Below, piece after piece: positions 11,392-21,793 of a DNA stretch of 64,000 nt (within the stretch, counting starts at the first letter, position 1; every line of letters starts with the position of its first letter). Made by a program: the position numbers and the translations under genes. Under the pieces are notes generated by a model. It did no database searches. It worked only from the letters and a program-made list of their open reading frames with translations, and had not been told where the DNA came from. This stretch comes from Amphiscolops sp. MND2022 (Eukaryota): the NCBI GenBank assembly GCA_964187785.1, contig OZ076420.1, forward strand, positions 47,616,001 through 47,680,000. The letters are read 5' to 3'.

Positions 11392-12075
11392 TCAGCGTCG
11401 CGGAGCGCTCTTTTTTTCTAGAGCTTCGATAGATGACTCATCTCCGGGAAGAACTTTCTTGAAAAGATGTTTCTTCGGGGTTTTGTTTTTAGAACCACTG
11501 GTTGTATCCTTCTTTACAACTGAGGGTAGTAGAATCGTCTTGGCGTCAGAATTATGAACGAATTGAAATATCATTTTTGACAAAATGGTTCCATAGTCCG
11601 TATCATGAAGACCTGTCTTGGGTTGTTGCAAGCTTTAGAGGAAACTGGTGGCTTTCATCGAAATTGGTTGAACATCAAGTGTCAAAAAAACACTCTTCAA
11701 TGAAAGAGACATCAGAGGAGTCGTAAAGTTTAGAAGAGTTGGCTTAGATTTCTCCAGCTGCCATGGTTTCATCTTTGAGAGCGACTTCGAAACATGTTTT
11801 CCAATGTCTTCCCGGTTGCCTGCTGGTGATGATGACGTAGCTTCGTTCTTTTTCTCATTAGTGTTTTCCGATGGTTGATGTCTCTGTAACAGGGTCAATA
11901 ATTTGGCCTTCTCGTTGTTGTTGCATCTTCTCAATTTTCCGAGCTTTTTGCTTGTTGTTTTATGTAATTCTCTTTCGGGATCGATGAAAATGAATTCCCG
12001 TGAAGTCTTTCTGTTAGGTAAGAATTTATTGAGCGATTGATTTGCTGTAATAATTTTATCCCTTTGACTGAGCAC
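11392..12075 (-). pseudogene. Uncharacterised Maverick-associated ORF upstream of integrase, split by frameshift (copy 2 at 18911-19594)
   Basis: ORFs 11635-12075 and 11392-11631 are co-oriented and abut the integrase. The SFL..LQQPK...Y..IL......NSDAK motif is recalled from Maverick ORFs in this position. Confidence 0.45.
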
Positions 12076-13985
12076 AACGTTTTTTGACGTCTCGAGTGCG
12101 GAGTTGTACTATCACATACAATTCTCAGTTGCTTCTCGAAAGATAACAACTTATCAACGTCGAAAAGAACATTGCCAGTGATTATTTTCAGAGCGCACTC
12201 ACAAAAGAAGTTGATTTCTCGTAAATGATTTCACTTTGACGAAGGAATTTTTTGTATTCTTTTTTGGTTTTTCTGGACCATCAGCATTTCAGTAAACGCA
12301 CGTTTTTCTCGTTCTTTTCAGCAATTCAATTCTCTAGAGACTTCAGACAGATAATGGAAAATACTGGAACCTGGCGGCGTTATATAGACAAAAGCTGTGA
12401 AAACAGAATTTCCAAGACAAACTTTCAGTATTCTTTTCTTCGAAGACTAAATATTCAACGCCAATAGCGTCTGGGATGTCAATTGATTTCCCCTCTAGAA
12501 AAAAATGACGAAGAAACCAGAACTAAATTGAAATTAGACAAAAATATCACATTGGTAGAAAAATCAAACATAAAATTGACAAACAATGAAGTTTTCACAA
12601 AGCGGGAAGAAGACAATCTCATACAATGTCGTGTCGTGAAGAAAGCTCATCCGCCATCTGTTTGGTCAGCATTGGGTTGTCAATTCCAATGTTGCATTCT
12701 TTCATTAACTGCTGCAATCGTCGATTTGATATTTTGACTTTAGATGAAATCTAGAAAAAAAATCAACAGAACTTATGCTAGATTTCAAGTTGTGATACTC
12801 AGTTTGCGTTAAAGTGATAACTGCTTTCCTCTATTGTTTGTGTTCTCCAACTTTCTTGTACTCCTCTTTAACAAGTTCTAAGTTGCAATCATCTTGATCA
12901 TGTGAAAGTGGTGTTCCCCTCAGCTTCAGATTCGGAGACAGGGTGAGTTGAAGGTTGTCTTTCAGCATTTGCAGATGAACAATTAACACAGAACTGATTT
13001 CCACGAGAGAGCCAGTAGTAGAATAAATTGGCTTTTACCCTGGCACAACGAATTCGCAAATTTTTGTTGTAATGACTGTGACAATTCAGACTGGCGAACT
13101 GAATCAACTGATTGGCACTGGTACTGTTCAAAGTTTCTAAGTCAACTACGTGTGAAAAGAAACAACGGAGGTATGAACACTTCTCAAACCAACCCTTTAG
13201 CGTACACAATAAGGTTAGGAAAGCGTATTTTAAGCAGACGAAACAGCAGAACAAAAATGAAAAATAGTGGATACCAGATTCCCAAGTTAGACCATGCGGG
13301 TTTTTGTTACTCAAGCATAAACCTTTTGAGTCTTACACGGAAGGACATTTGATGTGTAAGATAGTTTGAGAAGGATAGTGTCATGAAAATCAAAAGCACG
13401 AACAGAGAGTTCCTTGATAACAAACGGTTGGTTGGAAATTCGAAAGCCCTCAAAATCAAAAACGACTGATTGATAGCTTAACATTGCAGACTTGTGAAGC
13501 CGTTTTGATGCGGTGTTCTCAAAACTAGCACAGACTGAAACAAACTGACTAGGTTTTGAGTTTTGAATGCAATACCAAGAAACTGACTATTATTGACTAA
13601 CAATCAAGATAAAGCTCCGAGCAGATATGTTCATCGATGCAGTTCGAAAATTCTAATTAAACATTCAGACATAGCTGCCATAAAATAGTAAGGTTTCAGG
13701 CTTGAAAGACTTGCATCATACCTCAATAGTCGCGCAAATAGAGAAGCGCTGAAACCACCAACTCGTTTAGGATTAGTGCAGCAATCAGTTATAAAAGACT
13801 GGAAGTATCGAAGGTGAGACATAAAACCATTTTGAACCAGTTTTAGTAGAATTTGAAGGAAGTTGCACTAGGGTTGTATGTAACAGCAATGGGATTCCAA
13901 AAGCGATCCACAATCAGAAGAGACATTTCAAAAACAGCAACTGATGAACGCAAGTTTTTGTGTGGGAATGAATCGCTTATCAATG

Positions 13986-14282
13986 CTACCACAAAAATTT
14001 CTCACATCGCTTGCCGCCATAATCGTTTTGACATAAACAAGCTAGTACACCTACATCTATTGGAATGTAACACGTACCACCATTCAAACAGTAGGTTACA
14101 CTCTCTGACGGACATCTCAAATTAAGTGATGTGGTCAATGGACTTGCAGTAGTTATACTAGTTGCGTTAGGAACAGCTGGCTCGGAAGGACCTTGAAACA
14201 GCAACCATAATACATCTCCTATTAGCGAAAGTAAGAAACTCGTCCATAGAACAACAGTGAAAAATACTCGTAGGAAACGCAT
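13986..14282 (-). CDS. EGF-like growth-factor ORF, copy 1 (C-terminally truncated by a 1-nt deletion)
   Basis: ATG at 14282; hydrophobic N-terminus; S/T-rich stalk; CPSESVTYCLNGGTCYIPIDVGVLACLCQNDYGGKRC = CX7CX5CX10CXCX8C with GxRC. Confidence 0.75.
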   Translation of the reverse strand: MRFLRVFFTVVLWTSFLLSLIGDVLWLLFQGPSEPAVPNATSITTASPLTTSLNLRCPSESVTYCLNGGTCYIPIDVGVLACLCQNDYGGKRCEKFLW

Positions 14283-14859
14283 CCTTCTCCGATAGTCCTG
14301 GGTGTTTTTCGCTTGTAAAATGAAGCAAAAAAACATAAAATTAATATGTGAAAATGTTTGCGGGGGTTGATTTATGGGTCACGAAATCAAATGAAGTGTC
14401 CACGATACAGTACGACACTTGGTGAAATAGGTCGAAATTAATGACAGTTATGGGATTCCAAGCAGTCTCTGATTACACTATGTAAATAAAATTTTCCAAT
14501 GCAAATTCAACATTGGTTTGCTTTCTGGGTCGCGGCACAGTCTGCACAGACACTATGTAAACAAAAACTTGCGATGCGCACCGCATAGCTGAAGCTATGT
14601 TGTGAGATTTTCTCACCCTTATAAAATCGTGAATTTTTTATGGGAGTCGTAAAACTGGGGGAAAATTGAGGATTAGTATCAAAGATTCTTCGATGAATCC
14701 TGACACCCGTTGTATACCTAACAAATTCCTATACTAATTTTGTATCTAGCGAGCTGAAATTTTCCTTAAAATTACAGCATAAGGACTCGGTAACTAATTT
14801 GTGAACTTTGTGAACCGGAAGTTGCTATGTCTGACATTTCGATTTTCAATCTAGAATTC

Positions 14860-15100
14860 GTTGTTCCTCTATGATCATGCTATGATAACATGCTATGATT
14901 ATGCTATGATAATGATATGATAACCCATACTACGATCATGCTTTGTTCCTACTATGAAACACGATGAGCATAATATGATCATACTATGAAACTTGGTCGC
15001 CATGGTACGGTCTTGGAATGGTCGCCATGGAATGACCATGATCATAGTATGATCATACTATGGTCATAGCATGGTGAGTATGTTTGGTCAACCTGGGCTA
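14860..15100. repeat. ATGATC/CTATG-rich low-complexity, partly palindromic repeat block (copy 2 at about 22360-22595)
   Basis: Many CTATGAT and ATCATG motifs, a 30-bp near-perfect palindrome at 15038-15067, ending in CAACCTGGG. Confidence 0.7.
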
Positions 15101-18100
15101 GGTGGTATAAAAAGTCAAGTAGCTGCTTCGCCAAAACCAGAAAATTCATCGCACTTACGTTAACGCCCAAAGCAGTGGGTGTGTCTCAACTTGTAACAGA
15201 ATAATTGTTAAACGTCTTCTGCAAGGTTTCATAATCGTTTCCTTATCGTAGCGTGATGGCAATACTTTCCTGAATTCGATTCTGAATCTCATATTGGTAA
15301 AACAATAATATGTAACCTTTCGCTAAGTTTTCCACATTGGGGATATGCCAGCTCGCTCCAAAACTGTTGCTTCGATGTAAACTCTGTGGATGTTGTGTGA
15401 ACATGTTCCACTGTGTGTGGATTTTGTTGTCCACATGCGTTCATTCATTTCTGACGGCTGGAAGTGATTAACCTGACTTTTATCTTTATCAATTTCAGTA
15501 TTCGATCCGTGTTTTCCCCTGAGAAGTTTGTTTTCTGAGGTAGTATGATCAAGTCTGTTGTTCTCGGCATCCTCTACATCAGTTATTAAATTATGTATCT
15601 ATTTGCTCTGATCTCTTGAAGTATTTCCTCAAATTTGCTATTTAGTTGTTCTTCAATCTTTGACATTTTGGTGTTCTGCTAATCTTTGAGAAATAACTTC
15701 TATCTCGTTACCGGTTTCTGAGGGTTCCGTTGGTTCACTACATGAGTTCCTGTCAAAAATGTTGTGAACAATCTCAGAAACATCAACTAATGTCGCAATA
15801 TCTTGTGTCAAGCTTTTTTCTGGGGTGTTTTCGTCTCTGTCTGAAGACTGAGATTCTTCTCTTCTTGAGCGTCTCTTTCTTTTTCCCCCATGGTGAAAGC
15901 AATGATTGGCGCAAAAATCTTTTATTGTCTGGCGAGATATTTTACTGATTATTGTTCGGCAAACTTGGGGTGACTGTCTTGTGCAAGTGTTTTTTGTTGA
16001 ATGACTGTGGAAAAGATTGACTTCAAAGGTCCCTTCTCAAACGAGTTGAAAATAAACATCACATCCCTAGGAAGTCTAAATATAGCGCCGTGGTAGTAGC
16101 GGACTAATGCGGAACAATATGCAAAATGTACTGTTTGTCATTATAACTTCGCATAAACTGCTTTGTTAAAATCATATAGTTGAGTACAATTCCCAAGCAC
16201 GGCTTCGCTGGTGTGCATTAAGCTGTTTTTTGTTATATTCCGCCCACATAAATGGGGGAGGAAAATCATGACCTGTGATGCGTTTTTTTTACAAATTCTG
16301 CCAAAACTCCACTTTATCTCCACTCCATGGAGTGATTTTCTAGCGATAGTTACAACTGAGTTGTTTCAACTATGGTGGCTCAGTCATGTTGTAGGTCCTG
16401 GGCTCGAACCCGGGCTGGTGCTTGCTTTTTTTTGTTTCTCAGCCATTAGGTCGTGGCTTCGATCCTCTCCTTCGCCATACTTTTTTTGCAATAGGCGTGT
16501 CGCGGAAATTATCTCGGTGCTTAGCGGGCGTCGTGTTTCCGAATATGCTGTTTTATACAAGCAGCATCGTACGGTATTGATTACAAACAGAAATACGTAT
16601 GAATTCATGTTGCTACTTTCTAGCTGACTCATCATGCTGTTTTCAAACATTTTCTGCATAATTATGCTCTAAACGTCATGGTATTCCATAGAAGTTATAA
16701 GTATGAACGCAAAAAAAGCCGTTTTACTTCGTGAATTTTGGCGATAAAAGAGGGGGTTGGTTTGAGTCAAGTAACGATTTTGTTACTTCACCAATTGATG
16801 TAATCAACGAGTTTTTTTTAGTTCAACATCAAATTATCATGAAAGTGGAAACGGACAAAACATCAACATTTTCAGATCAACGTTACCGAAGTCTTTAACC
16901 AATTAAAGACAAAAGGAAAAATCAATCTTTAGAACAAATATTTAACTTCTAAGCTGATGAAGGAGTTCAATTGTCTGTGATGTTCAAATATGGGTGTCAT
17001 TAAAGACACCTCTTCGAGGGCTCTAGAATTAAGTGGAGTATGTTGATCTGTTCACCTAAGCTGCACGTCGGACATCTCGCAAGAGTAGCCTGGCGACATC
17101 AACAAAAAAAGAGACCTAGTATTTTTTTGGCAACAAATGCCACAAAAAGATTTGGATAGGCGGCTCCGCAATCAGAGTAAGAGTTTCAAGTCCTTTTTTT
17201 GAACAAAACCCTATCTTCTTAATATTATAAGTACCTTTTTTGAAACCTGATAATTTGCCATCAAACACAATTCTCCCTTTTATCTGAACCCAACACAAGG
17301 CAATCTTTAATTCATAACATTAGTTTTCTCGACAAGTGAGATAATAAAATGTTGTCCAAAACTCACTCATTGTACATTTGAACTAGCTAAGGTGGTGAAA
17401 AAAAGACTTTCAACAGCCAAAGTTGGAACAACACAACAAAAATAAATTTTGATGGAAAAGTACCATCCAACAAATAAATACAACACTCAGGAAACGGGAG
17501 ATTTTAAAAGATATTTTTTGAGAGCCATATTTTATTAGAAAATGATCGATACTAACATTAACTTCCTGGTAACGCCAACATTAATTCAGAAGTTCAATTA
17601 ACTGAAGATAACTCTGGGAAGGGAACCATCAATACTATTCGCACACTTGGAAGTGACAGCAGCAAAATACAACTCAGCATTGGAGGTCTTTTTGAGGACA
17701 TATAGGATGACAATTTTCGCACACTACAGAAGATGACCTGCTATTACTAGCTTCATCAGGCAATTTGTTAGGTAGCATTTCTTACTCTGGAGAAAACATC
17801 AGACCGACGTCTCTATAGCTTTTGTTTTTGTCGACTGACTCTTTTTCCCGAGTTTCTCAGCTTTCTAGTCTGGCCAACAATTTGTTTTTTTACTGTTTTT
17901 TCACAGCTGGTTTCGCAGCTTGTTTGAAAGATTTTTTTGGAGGCAACATCCATTAAGTCAGGTAAACTTTGAACGAACAACTATTTACCGATTGATTTCA
18001 CAGCCAGAAAAAGTACTGTTTTGGCAAAGGAAAGAGCAACACGAAACACTCCGAGAGCAAGAAATCCGATACCGCTATCTTTTTTGCGAGCATGCCCTGA

Positions 18101-18598
18101 AAAATGAGGCAAAGTTGCTTGTCGAGAGTAATAAACCTGCATTTCAGTCAAACTTTCGAAACTTCAAAGTGAGGACCACTCTGCCGGTACCAAGGAATTG
18201 AACCTAAGAACCAGTTGTGGTAACAAGTTCGATGAATACTTTTTGGATGGAGTTCAGAAGTAGGGCTTAAATTGCAATTCACGGAAACTTCTGTCACTAA
18301 AAGTTGAAACAATGGAAAGGTCACGGTCTTTCAGCCTTCGTTTTGTGTCAATGACAGGTAAAACTGGGCCTTGGTTCCAGCAACTTTTTGCTGCTCGAAT
18401 ACATTACAGTAAGCAAAAAAAATCGGTTCCTATAATAATATCCGAACGAAACTCACTTCTGAGTGATTGAAGTTGTTCTTGCACTAATTTATTTGAGCCG
18501 ATAAAAAACAACCGCGATTAGTGGCAAAAATTTTACTGAAACCAAGAACATTCTGTCGAAAAAATTGAGTCCATACCTTTTGTTGAACTTCAATTCAA

Positions 18599-18885
18599 CA
18601 TGGGTTGAACTCGTAGTTTTCTCTATAAAACATCGACAGCTACTAACAGAGGTTTCACACCGTGATTAAACTTGGCTCGCTTGTCAACATAAGCCACGTC
18701 AATAGAACAATTTTCATTGATATCAAACGCAATAACTTTCAGGCGAGGGAAACGCCGATATTTTTTTGGGCATTTTTTCCCTGAAGAAAATTGGCTACTT
18801 TTCTCCAACTCAAACCAGTTGCTTTCTTGAGGTTTGCAACACTATCATAAGCAGCAGGTCCTTTTCGATACAATGCTTCAAGTTT
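18599..18885 (-). pseudogene. Maverick/Polinton integrase N-terminal fragment, copy 2
   Basis: Same motifs as copy 1 (KYRRFPRLKVIAFDINENCSIDVAYVD...VAVDVL*), with an extra frameshift. Confidence 0.85.
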
Positions 18886-21352
18886 CCAAAAATCTGTTTC
18901 AAGGACGGTCTCAGCGTCGCGGAGCGCTCTTTTTTTCTAGAGCTTCGATAGATGACTCATCTCCGGGAAGAACTTTCTTGAAAAGATGTTTCTTCGGGGT
19001 TTTGTTTTTAGAACCACTGGTTGTTTCCTTCTTTACAACTGAGGGTAGTAGAGTCTTCTTGGCGTCAGAATTATGAACGAATTGAAATATCATTTTTGAC
19101 AAAATGCTTCCATAGTCCGTATCAAGAAGACTTGTCTTGGGTTGTTGCAAGCTTTAGAGGAAACTGGTGGCTTTCATCGAAATTGGTTGAACATCAAGTG
19201 TCAAAAAGACCCTCTTCAATGAAAGAGACATCAGAGGAGTCGTAAAGTTTAGAAGAGTAGGCTTGGATTTCTCCAGCTGCCATGGTTTCATCTTTGAGAG
19301 CGACTTCGAAACATGTTTTCCAATGTCTTCCCGGTTGCCTGCTGGTGATGATGACGTAGCTTCGTTCTTTTTCTCATTAGTGTTTTCCGATGGTTGATGT
19401 CTCTGTAACAGGGTCAATAATTTGGCCTTCTCGTTGTTGTTGCATCTTCTCAATTTTCCGAGCTTTTTGCTTGTTGTTTTATGTAATTCTCTTTCGGGAT
19501 CGATGAAAATGAATTCCCGTGAAGTCTTTCTGTTAGGTAAGAATTTATTGAGCGATTGATTTGCTGTAATAATTTTATCCCTTTGACTGAGCACAACGTT
19601 TTTTGACGTCTCGAGTGCGGAGTTGTACTATCACATACAATTCTCAGTTGCTTCTTGAAAGATAACAACTTATCAACGTCGAAAAGAACATTGCCAGTAG
19701 TTATTTTCAGAGCGCACTCACAAAAGAAGTTGATTTCTCGTAAATCACATTGACGTAGGAATTTTTTGTATTCTTTTTTGGTTTTTCTGGACCATCAGCG
19801 CTTCAGTAAACGCACGTTTTTCTCGTTATTTTCAGCAATTCATTTCTCTAGAGACTTCAGACAGATAATGAAAAATACTGAAACCTGGCGGCGTTATATA
19901 GACAAAAACCGTGAAAACAGAATTTCCAAGACAAACGTTCAGTATTGTTTTCTTCGAAGACTAAATATTCAACGCCAATAGCGTCTGGGATGTCAACTGA
20001 TTTCCCATCTAGAAAAAATTGACTGAGAAACCAGAACTAAATTGAAATTAGACAAAAATATCACAATGGTAGAAAAATCAAACATAAAACTGACAAACAA
20101 TGAAGTTTTCACAAAGCGGGAAGAAGACAATCTCATACAATGTCGTGTCGTGAATAAAGCTCATCCGCCATCTGTTTGGGCAGCATTGAGTCGTCAATTC
20201 CAATGTTGCATTCTTTCATTAACTGCTGCAATCGTCGATTTGATATTTTAACTTCAGATGAAATCTAGAAAAAAAGTTAACAGAACTTAAGCTAGATTTT
20301 AAGTTGTGATACTCAGTTTGCGTTAAAGTGATAACTGCTTTCCTCTATTGTTTGTGTTCTCCAACTTTCTTGTACTCCTCTTTAACAAGTTCTAAGCTGC
20401 AATCATCTTGATCATGTGAAAGTGGTGTTCCCGTCAGCTTCAGATTCGGAGACAGGGTGAGTTGAAGGTTGTCTTTCAGCATTTGCAGATGAACAATGAA
20501 CACAGAACTGATTTCCACGAGAGAGCCAGTAGTAGAATAAATTGGCTTTTACCCTGGCACAACGAATTCGCAAATATTTGTTGTAATGATTGCGACAATT
20601 CAGACTGGCGAACTGAATCAACTGATTGGCACTGGTACAGTTCAAAGTTTCGAAGTCAACTACGTGTGAAAAAAAACAACGGAGGTATGAACACTTTTCA
20701 AACCCTTCAGCGTACACAATAAGGTTAGGAAAGCGTATTTTAAGCAGACGAAACAGCAGAACAAAAATGAAAAATCGTGGATGCCAGATTCCTAAGTTAG
20801 ACCATGCGGGTTTTTGTTAACTAAGCATAAACGTTTTGAGTCTTACACGGAAGGACATTTGATGTGTAAGGTGGTTTGAGAAGCATAGTGTCGTGAGAAT
20901 CAAAAGCACGAACAGAGAGTTCCTTGATAACAAACGGTTGGTTGGAAATTTGAAACCCCTCAAAATCAACAACGACTGGTTGATAGCTCAACATTGCAGA
21001 CTTGTGAAGCCGTTTTGATGCGGTGTTCTCAAAACTAGCACAGACTGAAACAAACTGACTAGGTTTTGAGTTTTGAATGCAATACCAAGAAACAGACTAC
21101 TATTGGCTAACAATCAAGATAAAGCTCCGAGCAGATATGTTCATCGATGCAGTTCGAAAATTCTAATTAAACATTCAGACATAGCCGCAATAAAATAGTA
21201 AAGTTTTAGGCTTGAAAGAATCGCATCATACCTCAATAGTCGCGCAAATGGAAAAGCGCTGAAACCACCAACTCATTTAGGATTAGTGCAGCAATCAGTT
21301 ATAAAAGACTGGAAGTATCGAAGGTGAGACATAAAACCATTTTGAACCAGTT

Positions 21353-21793
21353 TTAGTAGAATTTGAAGGAAGTTGCACTAGGGTTGTATGTAACAGCAAT
21401 GGGATTCCAAAAGCGATCCACAATCAGATGAGACATTTCAAAAATAGCAACTGCTAAACGCAAGTTTTTGGGTGGGAATGAATCGCTTATCAATGGTACC
21501 ACGATAAATTTCTCACATCGCTTGCCGCCATAATCGTTTTGACATAAACAAGCTAGTACACCTACATCTATTGGAATGTAACACGTACCACCATTCAAGC
21601 AGTAGGTTACACTCTCTGACGGACATCTCAAATTAAGTGATGTGGTCAATGGACTTCCAGTAGTTACACTAGTTGCGTTAGAAACAGCTGGCTCGGAAGG
21701 ACCTTGAAACAGCAACCATAATACATCTCCTATTAACGAAAGTAAGAAACTCGTCCATAGAACAACAGTGAAAAATACTCGTAGGAAACGCAT
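21353..21793 (-). CDS. EGF-like growth-factor ORF, copy 2 (146 aa, open)
   Basis: Same EGF motif, N-terminal hydrophobic segment, NAT sequon, and 55 further residues after the sixth Cys. No intron needed. Confidence 0.8.
   Translation of the reverse strand: MRFLRVFFTVVLWTSFLLSLIGDVLWLLFQGPSEPAVSNATSVTTGSPLTTSLNLRCPSESVTYCLNGGTCYIPIDVGVLACLCQNDYGGKRCEKFIVVPLISDSFPPKNLRLAVAIFEMSHLIVDRFWNPIAVTYNPSATSFKFY

Larger units (their letters stand above)
7916..15407. repeat. 7.5-kb tandem segmental duplication, copy 1
   Basis: Colinear with 15439-22903 (offset 7523 at the start). Paired ORFs throughout. Mid-90s percent identity by eye. Confidence 0.97.

Noticed and set aside
12483-13822. Short ORFs on both strands (including C-x2-C in the + frame of 20462-20722)
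   Set aside because: No recognisable family, and stops differ between the two copies.
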